64,000 bases of DNA from a virus: positions 1,195 to 65,194 of IMG/VR virus record IMGVR_UViG_3300032320_001622, one strand, 5' to 3'. The translations under genes were made by a program, and so were the position numbers. The notes under the pieces are model-generated. The model saw only the letters and a program-made list of their open reading frames with translations. It did not search any database and was not told the DNA's origin. Below are positions 1 through 11,028 of this stretch, piece after piece (position 1 is the first letter of the stretch; each line of letters begins with the position of its first letter).

Positions 1-159
1 CAATATAATCAGTTTTAATAAATACCCAATTATGGTTGTTGGATTTTGGATTTATTTTATAGCCGTCATAGTTCCAAACATGTTTGCATTTTACTGCAAT
101 ACTATTTCCAGTTATATAAGGATAACTATGATCATCGAAAGATTTCCACTGTGCGTACA

Positions 160-954
160 TTATTCTGTCTCCTGAAATGGATATTTCTGTTTATCTTCTT
201 CACTAAAATCTTGATTAAGTTTTCCTATAAAATCATTATCGTGTACTCTATGACACCAACCACAATATACTAATTTATTGGTTTTTACTGTTCTATATGG
301 ATCGTCAAGTGTAGGGAAATCTTGGTTATTGGGTTTTTCACTAGGTAAATAAGGTCCCAATCTCGGTATGGGAGGAGGAACGCCACCATCATCAAAAAAT
401 TTGTATGCGTCGTGTATAAATGCTTTATTTTTTACTATTGGATAAATTATATCCCATAAGAATTCTTGATCTATATTTTTTCTATTGTTGTTGATTTTTC
501 TGGAATAGTTATTTATTAATTGTTTAATATTTCCCAATATGTTATTTCTAACTCCCCACACACCACCCATTATTTTTACATTATGCGCGCACATATCTCT
601 AACTATATGAAAATCTTTATCGCTGCTTAACCACTGATCCACACATGCTTTGTCTCTCTCATTCAACAAACTATCCGCATCTCTGCTTATCATTGCATCA
701 TTTTTTGTTTTAGCATCTTCTGCGGCATAAAATCGCCAAAACATACCATTCCAATTTTCATCTTGAGATTGAAATATGATTTCGGTGTTATTTCTTTTTT
801 TAAGTTCGTCGATGAATATTTGTTTTACATTTGGAGAAATATAATATCGACATTTCCATTCTGGAAATATATCAGCAGCAATATCTGCATTTTTAATTGC
901 ATTTATGACATATAATGCTTTATTTCCCCAAAGAGAATAACTTATAATTTTCAT
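160..954 (-). CDS. putative glycosyltransferase (KIISYSLWG family)
   Basis: 264 aa; ISYSLWG start, MFWRF and SRDADS (DxD) motifs; paralog of 5016..5972; lies in the GT cluster. Confidence 0.6.
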   Translation of the reverse strand: MKIISYSLWGNKALYVINAIKNADIAADIFPEWKCRYYISPNVKQIFIDELKKRNNTEIIFQSQDENWNGMFWRFYAAEDAKTKNDAMISRDADSLLNERDKACVDQWLSSDKDFHIVRDMCAHNVKIMGGVWGVRNNILGNIKQLINNYSRKINNNRKNIDQEFLWDIIYPIVKNKAFIHDAYKFFDDGGVPPPIPRLGPYLPSEKPNNQDFPTLDDPYRTVKTNKLVYCGWCHRVHDNDFIGKLNQDFSEEDKQKYPFQETE

Positions 955-956
955 GT

Positions 957-1754
957 TTATTTTTTCTTAATAATTAATAATTTAGAAGATCCGATTACTG
1001 GTGATTTATCGTGTCCTCCATGAGACCATAAATGAATATCTTCAATATTATCAACGATATAATCTCTCTGCTCTGTAGTCATATAATCTGATTCTAAGAT
1101 ATTATCTTTTATAAATTTAGTAAAAACATCATCAGTAGAATTGGTGCAATCTTTTCTCTTTTGACCCCAAAACATACCTCCGCGTAAACTATTTCCGCAA
1201 GCAACATCTTCTATGATATAGTACCCCTTAGATTTTACATGAGGAAATAGGTAACCTAAAGATTTTTGTTGATGTTCTTGAAAATGATGACCGTCGTCTA
1301 AGATATAATCAAACATATCTGTACCGAAATGATTAAATGCATTTTTCATTTGTTGATATGAACGCTGATCTGCGGTATAGCATTTTATTCTTTCATTTTC
1401 TAACCAAGAAAAATTGGTATCAAATACTTTACCTTCTTTTAGTAGTTCGATATCATCATTGCTAGGATTTTCACAACTCCCGCTTGGTTTTATCTTAGAA
1501 TGTTTTACAATTCGTCCATTATCTGTACCACAAATCAACCCCCGTTGAAAGTAATTGTGCCACATTTTTATTGAACTTCCCTGATATATACCCATTTCTA
1601 ATATTGAAATGTTTTCTTCTTTTTTATGTTTCATTATTTCGTGATATATTTTTGTATATCCGTGGTCATGCTTATCTGTACCAAAAAGTTTTGCAAGTTC
1701 GCACATAGATGAACGATTCTGTAAAACATCGCAAGTTAAATTACTTAATTTCAT
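957..1754 (-). CDS. class I SAM-dependent O-methyltransferase (sugar methyltransferase-like)
   Basis: GTDK..HGY, ILEMGIYQGSS, ILDDGHH and YIIED motifs. Confidence 0.75.
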   Translation of the reverse strand: MKLSNLTCDVLQNRSSMCELAKLFGTDKHDHGYTKIYHEIMKHKKEENISILEMGIYQGSSIKMWHNYFQRGLICGTDNGRIVKHSKIKPSGSCENPSNDDIELLKEGKVFDTNFSWLENERIKCYTADQRSYQQMKNAFNHFGTDMFDYILDDGHHFQEHQQKSLGYLFPHVKSKGYYIIEDVACGNSLRGGMFWGQKRKDCTNSTDDVFTKFIKDNILESDYMTTEQRDYIVDNIEDIHLWSHGGHDKSPVIGSSKLLIIKKK

Positions 1755-2679
1755 TTTTATCCTTTAAATTTTTAAATTTATCTTCTACTAAATTTTCTAA
1801 AATTTGAAATTTACAACCATCTTCTATTGGTTCATCCCATTTATTGTGCCAATGCCAAGTAAATGCTCCATCAAATAATTCAGAACTTTCATTCCCTTCA
1901 AAATTTTTCTTAAAAGGTTGTATTGTTCTACTCATTCCCCATTCTGTATTAAACCAAGCACAAGGAAATGTTATCCAATTTTTATTTTTGTTCCAAACTT
2001 TGTGATACAATTCTGTTCCCCAGCAAGTTGTATTTGGTTTAGCCGGAGTCAATTCCAATTCTTTTAATAAATCTAATGCTAATGTACTCTTTTGCTTGAG
2101 TCTCATTATAGCACCATTTTGTTTTAATATTGGTTCCCCACCAGTAGGAACAGTCCCAGATGATCCCCACTGATACATGAATTCGTATGGAAGTATTGGT
2201 AAAAAGTCTCGCAACACAACAACATCCATATCAATATATACACCACCATACTTGTATAAACATAGCAATCTAAACAAGTCTCCACCCAAATAACACAACG
2301 GATCATCAACTACACCTTTTACAACTTTAGAATTTTCAAGAGGAGTATTTTTTACTTCCTGTTCAAGATTCCATATCTTAAGTTCTATAAAAGGAAGTAA
2401 TGGTTTTACATATGGATTGTCACTCAAATCCACATTAGACCATAATATTATTTTAGTTTTAGAAAGATCCTGAGTTACTATTGCTGACTTCAGTGGTAAT
2501 GCTTGTTTTCTACCAAATTCTTTTGGTACTCTCCAATAAAAATGAAAAATTGTTTCTTCTTTCCAATCTGGGATTGGAAGAGATTTTGCATACTCTAATG
2601 ACTGAAATACTCGATCAACGGAATCGAATAAATATAGTTCTTTGTTAGTTATTATATCAATCATGGTTTTTCTTTTCAA
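1741..2679 (-). CDS. glycosyltransferase, GT32/DxD sugar-binding type
   Basis: DLFRLLCLYKYGGVYIDMD motif and C-terminal WHWHN. Confidence 0.85.
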   Translation of the reverse strand: MKRKTMIDIITNKELYLFDSVDRVFQSLEYAKSLPIPDWKEETIFHFYWRVPKEFGRKQALPLKSAIVTQDLSKTKIILWSNVDLSDNPYVKPLLPFIELKIWNLEQEVKNTPLENSKVVKGVVDDPLCYLGGDLFRLLCLYKYGGVYIDMDVVVLRDFLPILPYEFMYQWGSSGTVPTGGEPILKQNGAIMRLKQKSTLALDLLKELELTPAKPNTTCWGTELYHKVWNKNKNWITFPCAWFNTEWGMSRTIQPFKKNFEGNESSELFDGAFTWHWHNKWDEPIEDGCKFQILENLVEDKFKNLKDKNEIK

Positions 2680-3238
2680 ATACCATTAAAGTATTCATTA
2701 CATGATTTCCATTTGGTAAAGGACTACCATTTTCATCTCTCAATAAACGCCTAAGTGATAGTGATAATTCTTCTTTGTAGGAAAAATTATATTGTTTAAA
2801 CACATCTATCCAATATTGTGCATTTTGACAATTAACATGATGATAGCCTGGTTGACCAGGAACCGCATGTGTTATAGCAGCAACATTACATTTAGAAAAA
2901 GTTTTCATAAAATTATGAATATACTTTTCTTCTACATGTTCAACAAATTCACAACACCAAGACAAATCAAAATTTGATTTTGGTTCATATTCACTTAAAG
3001 TATAATCGTGTTGAATTATTTTACCAGAAACTTTAGACCTTTTTATTGCTTCAATCCATCCTTCAATCCCCACACCATCAATACCTTTGTCTAAGAAATA
3101 CTTTAAAGAATGACCAGCACCGCAACCAATATCTAAAAAAGTTTTTGGTTTATATATTTCTATCAATTTGTCCCAAACTTGTGGAGCAAATGTTCCAATG
3201 TCACCTTCTATTATACAACCACCTAAATGATGTTCCAT
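2657..3238 (-). CDS. class I SAM-dependent methyltransferase
   Basis: LDIGCGAG motif I, CEFVEH and PGQPGYHHVN motifs. Confidence 0.85.
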   Translation of the reverse strand: MEHHLGGCIIEGDIGTFAPQVWDKLIEIYKPKTFLDIGCGAGHSLKYFLDKGIDGVGIEGWIEAIKRSKVSGKIIQHDYTLSEYEPKSNFDLSWCCEFVEHVEEKYIHNFMKTFSKCNVAAITHAVPGQPGYHHVNCQNAQYWIDVFKQYNFSYKEELSLSLRRLLRDENGSPLPNGNHVMNTLMVFEKKNHD

Positions 3239-3239
3239 A

Positions 3240-3302
3240 TTAATTTACCAACCTTTCGTTATTTGTTTTATTATCAATTACACAACCACCTAAATGTGTC
3301 AT
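3240..3302 (-). pseudogene. 20-aa remnant duplicating the 5' end of the downstream methyltransferase
   Basis: MTHLGGCVID versus MEHHLGGCIIE; CATTTAGGTGGTTGT is repeated at DNA level. Confidence 0.55.
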
Positions 3303-3907
3303 ATAATGCTCCTTCTTTTAGCAAAAAAAGTTCCATTTCTATCAGTATTATCAAATACAACTTCAAATTCATTAGGATTGTTGTAGATATATTTTTTTAT
3401 ATTCAATCCTTTTCTAACACCAGCGTCATCTAAAACAAAATATTTTGTTCTATCTTTTAATATTAAAAATTCACTATATGTCGAAAATTCTCCTCCATCT
3501 AAAAACAATAAATCTATATTTTTTGGAATTGTTTCTAAAATGTAAGGGCAATTATTTAAATTGTTTACATCATTTATAAACCAATCTTTTTCCGATCCTT
3601 GTAAATTATTATCATCTAACTGATCAATATTAATTATCCTACCGAATAACAAATTTGCCCAAGTTGGTAAAATATTTTTCCAATTTTGAATTGCTTTGTT
3701 GTATAATTCTATATTACATTCTAAAGATAAAAATGTTATATTGTTTTTATTGGAATTTAATAACCCCTGAATTAAACAATATGTACTGCCTGTTCCTCTA
3801 CTTGTTCCTATTTCTACTACAGTTAATATCTGTTCATCTTTGCAAATATTGTATAAAAAATTACCAAACTTAGAATCTAATTGTATTTCCCCTTCCGATA
3901 GTATCAT
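3299..3907 (-). CDS. methyltransferase-like protein
   Basis: VEIGTSRGTGST and LFLDGGEFS motifs; start moved to the ATG overlapping the upstream stop. Confidence 0.6.
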   Translation of the reverse strand: MILSEGEIQLDSKFGNFLYNICKDEQILTVVEIGTSRGTGSTYCLIQGLLNSNKNNITFLSLECNIELYNKAIQNWKNILPTWANLLFGRIINIDQLDDNNLQGSEKDWFINDVNNLNNCPYILETIPKNIDLLFLDGGEFSTYSEFLILKDRTKYFVLDDAGVRKGLNIKKYIYNNPNEFEVVFDNTDRNGTFFAKRRSII

Positions 3908-5019
3908 AAATTCACTCCACTCATTATTTTTTCCCACTTATCATAAACTTTTTGTTTTCTTTGAACATTTGCTGCTTTCATATTATTACTTATATTCATT
4001 AACTCATCATTTCTGATAGTAATTAATCTATTTTTAAGTTCATCCCAACTATTAAAGTATTGAATATGTGGCATCCATTCTGTGTCGTAAAAATCTGCTA
4101 ATGGTAACCAGTTTTTGAATTTATTTAAATCTTGATAATGGTTTGGATCGTTTTTGCCAGGCTTAATCACCGATCCTTCTTTCCATTCCGTTGGATAATG
4201 ATGTGGTTGCATATTCCAAGTTTCATTCCAACTGGTTTCTCCTAAAATTTCATTACCGTGCTTTTCTTTCATTTTTAACATCAAATCAACTGAAGGGAAA
4301 AACATTGGTATATTTTGAGTATAATATTCAAACATGGACATTGTTGATACATTATAAGGAACACCAACTATACCTTTATACTGTACTAAATCGCTCCATT
4401 TAAATTTATGTCCTAATGCTTTACTTTTTTCTATCAAGTTTGGTATTTGACCGTTGCAATATTGACCATAATTATTAAATCTAGAATAGTATAAAAAATG
4501 ATCCTTTGTTGGATTATAATGAACATTTGTGTATTCACATATATTTGGTATATGTGTGAAACTTCTATTCAAAAAATATTTACCATATTCTGCATCATAT
4601 TTACTATTTGCAACTAGGTGTATTTGTCCCTTATCAACACCCTCTATCAAAAAATTGTTAAATTTTTCCCATTCTAGTGGTCTAGTGGAAAATGGACATT
4701 CATAACGAATCGACGCAACCACGATAATTGGTTTGTTCCAGTTTTTAAATAATCTAGAAAAAATAGGCGGATGTGTTGTTAAAAATGCATCATATTGATC
4801 CAATTCATTTTTGTAACGATTGTAAAATGCATCACACATTTCTTCACTTATATTATGCCAATTTTCTTGTGTTATGACATCTGTTGCCATTTTACCTCTA
4901 CCGAACACCCAATTGTGTCCAGACATATTCCAACTAGTCACTTCGTGACCTAAATCTGTTAGAATTTTTTCAATGTCGGCTATTACAGAAATGTGTAAAT
5001 CTAAATTAAATATTTTCAT
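3904..5019 (-). CDS. putative glycosyltransferase (GT-B-like)
   Basis: 371 aa in the GT operon; PYNVSTMSMFE..NIPMF resembles a GT-B nucleotide-binding segment. Confidence 0.5.
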   Translation of the reverse strand: MKIFNLDLHISVIADIEKILTDLGHEVTSWNMSGHNWVFGRGKMATDVITQENWHNISEEMCDAFYNRYKNELDQYDAFLTTHPPIFSRLFKNWNKPIIVVASIRYECPFSTRPLEWEKFNNFLIEGVDKGQIHLVANSKYDAEYGKYFLNRSFTHIPNICEYTNVHYNPTKDHFLYYSRFNNYGQYCNGQIPNLIEKSKALGHKFKWSDLVQYKGIVGVPYNVSTMSMFEYYTQNIPMFFPSVDLMLKMKEKHGNEILGETSWNETWNMQPHHYPTEWKEGSVIKPGKNDPNHYQDLNKFKNWLPLADFYDTEWMPHIQYFNSWDELKNRLITIRNDELMNISNNMKAANVQRKQKVYDKWEKIMSGVNL

Positions 5020-5972
5020 GTTATTTTCTCCGAACCATGTTCGTGTTGCACGGGGGACAATCCGTATTTGTATTGATTGATTAAATATTGTTTGTAATAT
5101 TTAAGAATATTTTCTCGTTCTTCTTGCTCATCTTTAGTAAGATACAAATAAGCACATTCATCTTTGGTTAAACTTTCTACCTTACCTATGTAAATGTTGT
5201 CGTGTTTGAGACCGCAATGTATGCATGGATTGTAGCAATCTCCATAATTTCTAGGTATAGGTAACTTTCTCATCTCTTCATTAACATGCGGCAATCTTGT
5301 ATTATCGGGAAACCTTTTATTACCAAAGGCAATATCATCATGTGAAAGCATATTAGGAATATATTTTCCATTAGATTTGCCCATAATAGTTTCTAATGAA
5401 TTTAAATCAATAGAGCACATTCCTTGATCAATTGCACCAACAGCATACAAATATACTGTTGAATTTAAAAAGTCCTGATCTAGACCCTTTCTACCACTAC
5501 CATCTCTCAAACGATTTAGCATATTGTCTATATGGGGTTTGATCCAATTCAAGTATCCATCTCTAACACCCCAGAGTCCACCCATCATTTGAGACTGATG
5601 TACACATGTATCTCTTATAGTGTGTACCTTTTTTGTGCTTTTATTTAGCCAATCATCAACACATGCCTTTTCTCGAATCGACAATCTACTATCAGTATCT
5701 CTACTAATCATTACTGAAACATCATCTTCTGTAGCAGGATAAAAACGATGCAACATCCCACCCCAACCTACATCTTCATCATAAAATGTGATTTCTACAT
5801 TAGGTTGTTTTTTTAATTCATCTACAACCCAAGAAGGTACACTTTTTCTATGAATATAGAAGCGGCAAATCCAATCTGGATAAATCTCTTGTGCATTTTT
5901 TGCATTTGAAATAGCACCAAAAGTATAAAGGGGAGTATTCCCCCATAAGCAATATGATATAATTTTTTTCAT
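5016..5972 (-). CDS. putative glycosyltransferase (paralog of 160..954)
   Basis: KIISYCLWG, SRDTDS and MMGGLWG motifs. Confidence 0.6.
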   Translation of the reverse strand: MKKIISYCLWGNTPLYTFGAISNAKNAQEIYPDWICRFYIHRKSVPSWVVDELKKQPNVEITFYDEDVGWGGMLHRFYPATEDDVSVMISRDTDSRLSIREKACVDDWLNKSTKKVHTIRDTCVHQSQMMGGLWGVRDGYLNWIKPHIDNMLNRLRDGSGRKGLDQDFLNSTVYLYAVGAIDQGMCSIDLNSLETIMGKSNGKYIPNMLSHDDIAFGNKRFPDNTRLPHVNEEMRKLPIPRNYGDCYNPCIHCGLKHDNIYIGKVESLTKDECAYLYLTKDEQEERENILKYYKQYLINQYKYGLSPVQHEHGSEKIT

Positions 5973-6562
5973 TTATTCTTCCTCATAAATTTAACAGTTT
6001 CTGATTTAGAGGAATCAAATTGATAGACATACATTCTCTTTCCGATAAGAGCCTCTGTCTTAAGTAAACCACTATCCCATAATCTATGAGAATAATCCTG
6101 ATCCTCTCCGTGAGAAATTTCAGGATAGCGAACCTTTCTAGCAATCTCCGTCTTTACTGTATTAAGATGGTTTGGTGTTCTGAACTGAGTTCCATCCTTT
6201 TTGAAGTGTCCACCACAGTTGAGGTTGTGGATGAATGGAAGATCATATTTTGGAAGATAACCCACCAACTCGACTACATCTGGTTTACCTTCTAATGCTC
6301 TCAGTGTTTCCGAGATATAAATGTCGGTGATCATATCATCATCGTCAATAAAACACACATACTCTCCCCGAGCCTTGTCTATTACATTATTGCGCTTCTT
6401 ACCAACGGAATTCTGTCCGTTGTCGGATTCGGTAAGGATTTCGATTCTATCTTTTGCATTACAAGCAGAAATCTGTCTGTTTAGTTCAGCGATCAATTTA
6501 CCATAACATTCCGCTCTTTTCGCAGGAAGATGTAGTATTCCTATCGTCCATAATATGCTCAT
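5969..6562 (-). CDS. glycosyltransferase family 2
   Basis: GKKRN...ARGEYVCFIDDDD and GED motifs. Confidence 0.85.
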   Translation of the reverse strand: MSILWTIGILHLPAKRAECYGKLIAELNRQISACNAKDRIEILTESDNGQNSVGKKRNNVIDKARGEYVCFIDDDDMITDIYISETLRALEGKPDVVELVGYLPKYDLPFIHNLNCGGHFKKDGTQFRTPNHLNTVKTEIARKVRYPEISHGEDQDYSHRLWDSGLLKTEALIGKRMYVYQFDSSKSETVKFMRKNK

Positions 6563-7221
6563 TTCGGAAACCCTTTTGCCTTTCTCGCTTCAAATATCAC
6601 TTTGTCACTCTGATAGAATTGCTCTGTGTGTTTTCTCAAGTCATCTTTGATTTCGTGCCAATCGTGCGTTATGACTCTTTTATCTAGATCTATCATCTTA
6701 TTTAGAGATCTTGCAACAACTGTTTGTTCTTCGTCGCAAAATAAACTTACATATTGTGGATGATAGATGTATCCAAATCTCTTGTAATAGGGATTACCTA
6801 TTATAGAAAGAACCATAACTGCTGGATAAGCCTTACTACAGTTGTAATTTATTGAACCATCATAATCTGGAAAATATGTCTCCATATCATTCATAATGAC
6901 ATCATCATATCCTTTTATTCTTGGTGTCATATCATCCGAAACCAAAATACAGACTTTCCAACCATCAGACGGAACATCTCTATTGCAGGCATCTACTTTG
7001 TTTTTACTGACGCCATAATGATACTCCAGATCAACTTTATTCTTCATATGTTCTAAAAACGATCTAATATCTGGATTGTTGCAAGACGCATCATTTTCGT
7101 CCATAGAGACGATGAACTTTACCTTTCTTTTACCCGAGAGTAAATTTACATATTGTGAGAATACCTCCTTAAACTTACTGGGTCTTGCTCTTGTTGGAAA
7201 CTTGATGAGAAGATCAATCAT
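6559..7221 (-). CDS. GT-A fold glycosyltransferase
   Basis: FPTRARP, KVDACN, VSDDM and FCD motifs. Confidence 0.7.
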   Translation of the reverse strand: MIDLLIKFPTRARPSKFKEVFSQYVNLLSGKRKVKFIVSMDENDASCNNPDIRSFLEHMKNKVDLEYHYGVSKNKVDACNRDVPSDGWKVCILVSDDMTPRIKGYDDVIMNDMETYFPDYDGSINYNCSKAYPAVMVLSIIGNPYYKRFGYIYHPQYVSLFCDEEQTVVARSLNKMIDLDKRVITHDWHEIKDDLRKHTEQFYQSDKVIFEARKAKGFPK

Positions 7222-7904
7222 AATAATTCGCTTTCTGGAAAACCTAAAATTTTTCTTTTATCGTATATTTTTTTCGCTTTGATAGTATTTCCTGTAGGAA
7301 TAGTTGGACGAAATTTCTGTTTTTCCCTTGTTCTGTGTGCATGATATTGCGACAAATCTCCCCGTATCCACAGATTTCCGTGTTTTAGTGCCACCTGATA
7401 TAGTTCAGTATCTGCGTACATGTGCCAATATTCTTCCCACAGGGGACCCTTTCCTCTATTCACTCTATTACGAAACTCCTTACCCAACCAAGCACTACCG
7501 CAGATTTGTTCACAAGTATCACAAGCCATGCTACCAAACTTATCTCCGTATGGTTGCATTACACCTAGAGTTCCACCAAAATGTCTCGTAAACTGTAGAT
7601 GTAACTGATGTGCTTCATAGTTAGGATCTGGGTACATATCATCGCCAGCGGCAACAACTATATCCTTTTCCATCAACTGTCCGCAAAGATAGTTCACCGA
7701 CTTAGGCCACCCCCCATATCCACCAATAGTGCTTTCTGGAACCAAAAGATTTACCAGAGATGCATATTGAGAAACATACTTGTCAGGAACAACAGCAGCA
7801 ATCATATATCCTTTCTCTGTCCACTTCGGAAAGGTCTTTCTCGCCATCTCTAGATTTGCACTAGGTAATACCAACCATACTTCATCTGTTTTGTCACTTG
7901 GCAT
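7218..7904 (-). CDS. GT-A fold glycosyltransferase
   Basis: SVN, AGDDMYP, HMYADTEL and QYH motifs. Confidence 0.65.
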   Translation of the reverse strand: MPSDKTDEVWLVLPSANLEMARKTFPKWTEKGYMIAAVVPDKYVSQYASLVNLLVPESTIGGYGGWPKSVNYLCGQLMEKDIVVAAGDDMYPDPNYEAHQLHLQFTRHFGGTLGVMQPYGDKFGSMACDTCEQICGSAWLGKEFRNRVNRGKGPLWEEYWHMYADTELYQVALKHGNLWIRGDLSQYHAHRTREKQKFRPTIPTGNTIKAKKIYDKRKILGFPESELL

Positions 7905-8511
7905 TTACTTTACTCCTTAATTTACGACTTGCCTGTGTGTGCTCTATTACAACTGGTTTCTGTTCTTCAAACCAAGGAGCATCGAATACTCTGCAATATG
8001 TCTGGGGGAAACAGAATGTCTTGAGTCCATTCTTGTCATGCTTGTCCCACACCTTCTGCAAACTCTGCTGTTCCCACACCGTTGGATTTCTCGTTGCTTC
8101 TTCTTTCCAATCGTTTATGAGATCTACTGCTTTGGTGGTATTGTTGAAATACATCGTTCCACCAGCAAGTGCTTCGTTTCCTCTGTCTGCTCCCCAAGGA
8201 CGAAGATGAGTGTTTTGTTTCTTGTTCCAGACATTCGGAATCCAATAGCAACCAAAGTCGTATGCATTCAGTCGTTCAAATAGAGAAGGAACATCCCTGA
8301 ATCTTGCGTCTGCATCCACCCACAACACACCGCACCCAAACTCACTCAACGCTTCCAGTATCACTTCTGCTTTCATCGTGCAGTTGTGAACCCAAGATCC
8401 CTTGCTTGGTTTGGCGTAAGCCTTGACATCAATACCGAACTCGTAAGCAGAACTTACAAGTTGATCTGCTTCATTTTTATATTCTGGAGTATAGAAGGTG
8501 ACTACTTTCAC
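7894..8511 (-). CDS. nucleotide-diphospho-sugar transferase
   Basis: SWVHNCTMK, LWVDADA and WEQ motifs; paralog of 10408..11028. Confidence 0.7.
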   Translation of the reverse strand: MKVVTFYTPEYKNEADQLVSSAYEFGIDVKAYAKPSKGSWVHNCTMKAEVILEALSEFGCGVLWVDADARFRDVPSLFERLNAYDFGCYWIPNVWNKKQNTHLRPWGADRGNEALAGGTMYFNNTTKAVDLINDWKEEATRNPTVWEQQSLQKVWDKHDKNGLKTFCFPQTYCRVFDAPWFEEQKPVVIEHTQASRKLRSKVNAK

Positions 8512-9416
8512 TTTCTCACCTTATCATAGTTTTTAACAAAGTATTCGATGGTGGTTTTTAATCCGTTTTCCAAAGGAGTGAATGTAAAATATGGATTTTC
8601 ATATCGAAACAGAGCATTATTCGTTGGTTTCTTAAGAATACCATCTGGATATGTACGATCATATACAATCCTTCCATCGAAACCCATTATCTCTGCGATC
8701 ATACTCGCAATATCCTTTATCTTATGTGCTGTGCCTGGAGACACTATCATAACATCGCTGTTTAGATCACTGCTTGTTATGATTTTTGCCAGATCAGTAG
8801 CGAACATAAATTCTCTTTCTGGTTCACCCGATCCACCGACGATAAAATCTGTTTTGTTCTGCTTTGCCAAATAGCATTTATGTATTAGGTTCGGTATGAC
8901 ATGACCACTATCGAGATTGTAATTGTCATTTGTTCCATACAAGTTACAAGGAATGATGCAGGTTGTTGCTATGTCATATTGTTCTTTGAGAGCACGGGAT
9001 CCGACTTCCAGCATTCTCTTTGCATAAGCGTAACCATAGTTGGTGTAATGTGGTTCCCCCTTGTGCAAATCACTTTCCTTATAGGGTGTTCGGATGTCAC
9101 TCGGCATGATACAAGAAGACAAAAGAAACACGGAGTTTTGAAGAGAAAACTCCTTGCAAGCCTGAAGAACATTCATATTCATCTGTAGATTTTGTTCCAA
9201 GAAATCATAGTTTCTTGTGCTGTTTGCTTTCACTCCACCGACTAAAGCAGCGCAGTGAACTATTCTTGTTATTCTGTTGAGTTGAACATATCTCTTCAGA
9301 GCACAATAATCAGTGATGTCCAGTGTTTCTTTTGTTGGTTTGAAAGTGACTCCTGAGCGAAAGAATATCTCGCTTCCTAAAAGTCCATAACCACCCGTAA
9401 CCAAAATATTGTTCAT
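8508..9416 (-). CDS. fcl: GDP-L-fucose synthase
   Basis: [29 protein letters not shown] and HVIP motifs; adjacent to gmd; start set at MNNILVTG. Confidence 0.9.
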   Translation of the reverse strand: MNNILVTGGYGLLGSEIFFRSGVTFKPTKETLDITDYCALKRYVQLNRITRIVHCAALVGGVKANSTRNYDFLEQNLQMNMNVLQACKEFSLQNSVFLLSSCIMPSDIRTPYKESDLHKGEPHYTNYGYAYAKRMLEVGSRALKEQYDIATTCIIPCNLYGTNDNYNLDSGHVIPNLIHKCYLAKQNKTDFIVGGSGEPEREFMFATDLAKIITSSDLNSDVMIVSPGTAHKIKDIASMIAEIMGFDGRIVYDRTYPDGILKKPTNNALFRYENPYFTFTPLENGLKTTIEYFVKNYDKVRK

Positions 9417-10411
9417 AATATACCTGCTGTTATGGACTCTTTTCTTCCTAACTTGAAGTCGTGATCTACCATCATATTCACAAGACCATTTATATCCACC
9501 CTCGGAATCCAATCAAGTTGTTTCATCGCTTTTGATGGATCTCCAAGCAGTTGATCCACCTCAGCAGGTCTGTAATATTTCGGATCAACCACGACATATT
9601 TTTCGTAATTCATATTGTATCGTTCGAACGCTTTCTTACAAAACTCTCGAACACTTATCATCTTACCAGTGGCAACAATATAATCGTCTGGTTTGTCCTG
9701 CTGTAGCATTCTCCACATCGCTTCAACATAATCACCAGCAAATCCCCAATCGCGCATAGCGTCCAGATTACCGAGATAAAGTTTATCCTGTAGTCCGTGG
9801 TATATTCTACCGACTGCACGGGTGATCTTTCTCGTAACAAATGTTTCGCCGCGGCGAGGACTTTCGTGATTGAACAAAATACCACAGGATGCGTGCAGAT
9901 CATAGGATTCACGGTAGTTTACAGTCAACCAGTGAGCATAAACCTTTGCACAACCATACGGTGATCGTGGATAGAAGGGTGTAGTTTCCTTCTGAGGGAC
10001 TTCCTGTACCTTACCGAACATCTCGCTGGAAGACGCTTGATAATACCGTACTTTCTTACCGTGTCTCTTTTCATACAGACGAATGGCCTCAAGTACATTC
10101 AGGGTTCCAATACCAACAGATTGTCCAGTATACACAGGAGCATCAAACGAAACCTTGACATGACTCTGAGCACCTAGATTGTAGATCTCATCAAAGTGTT
10201 CCGTGTCAATAAGATTTGCTATTGTGTTGTAATCAGTCAGATCTCCGTAATGAAGAAACAACTTCGGATTATTCATCAAATGTTCTATTCTTGCTGTGTT
10301 AAAAGAAGAAGAACGACGAATGATGCCATGAACTTCATATCCTTTTTCGATAAGAAGATCTGCTAGATAAGAACCGTCTTGTCCTGTAATCCCCGTAATC
10401 AGTGCTTTCAT
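9413..10411 (-). CDS. gmd: GDP-mannose 4,6-dehydratase
   Basis: [33 protein letters not shown] and [16 protein letters not shown] motifs. Confidence 0.97.
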   Translation of the reverse strand: MKALITGITGQDGSYLADLLIEKGYEVHGIIRRSSSFNTARIEHLMNNPKLFLHYGDLTDYNTIANLIDTEHFDEIYNLGAQSHVKVSFDAPVYTGQSVGIGTLNVLEAIRLYEKRHGKKVRYYQASSSEMFGKVQEVPQKETTPFYPRSPYGCAKVYAHWLTVNYRESYDLHASCGILFNHESPRRGETFVTRKITRAVGRIYHGLQDKLYLGNLDAMRDWGFAGDYVEAMWRMLQQDKPDDYIVATGKMISVREFCKKAFERYNMNYEKYVVVDPKYYRPAEVDQLLGDPSKAMKQLDWIPRVDINGLVNMMVDHDFKLGRKESITAGIL

Positions 10412-11028
10412 AATCTATTAACTTTCTGTATCACCGATGCTAGATCATGTAGGATCACAGCATCTTTATCACCATGTAATTTATGTATCTGACAATATGA
10501 ACGGGGCAACCAAAGAGTAGGTGGTTGTACTTCTGCCCATGCTTCCTGTAGCGTCCACTGATCCCATTTATTTCCTTGCGCTGTCCACTTTCTCCATATA
10601 TCCAACATATGCATGATCTGTGTCGTCTTACGAAAGAACATAGTTCCCGACTCAAACCATTTTGGTTCTATATTCCATTTCTTAGGAAGATGTATCGTAT
10701 CTCTACCAACAGGTGTGAAAGATCTTCCTCCTGGCTTGGCATGAATAGCAAAATCATGTTTACAACTGAACAACATCTCTGGGTGTTTCTTTATGATTGC
10801 GTCAGAGTCGACCCATATCAAACAAGAACCGTCTTCTATTTCACTCATTCTATCGTAAATAAAATCGGACTTGTATCCGCAGTTTTTTACCCACGAACCC
10901 AAGTCCTCTGCTTGCCTTATGTCTGATTTTAGAAGATGATAATCACAACTCTTCTTTAACCTCTCTGCCATCTGCGGATATATTCCGTTGAGAGTATAGA
11001 AGCATATGATTTTAGCGTTGTTTTCCAT
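10408..11028 (-). CDS. nucleotide-diphospho-sugar transferase
   Basis: [16 protein letters not shown] and WDQ motifs. Confidence 0.7.
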   Translation of the reverse strand: MENNAKIICFYTLNGIYPQMAERLKKSCDYHLLKSDIRQAEDLGSWVKNCGYKSDFIYDRMSEIEDGSCLIWVDSDAIIKKHPEMLFSCKHDFAIHAKPGGRSFTPVGRDTIHLPKKWNIEPKWFESGTMFFRKTTQIMHMLDIWRKWTAQGNKWDQWTLQEAWAEVQPPTLWLPRSYCQIHKLHGDKDAVILHDLASVIQKVNRL

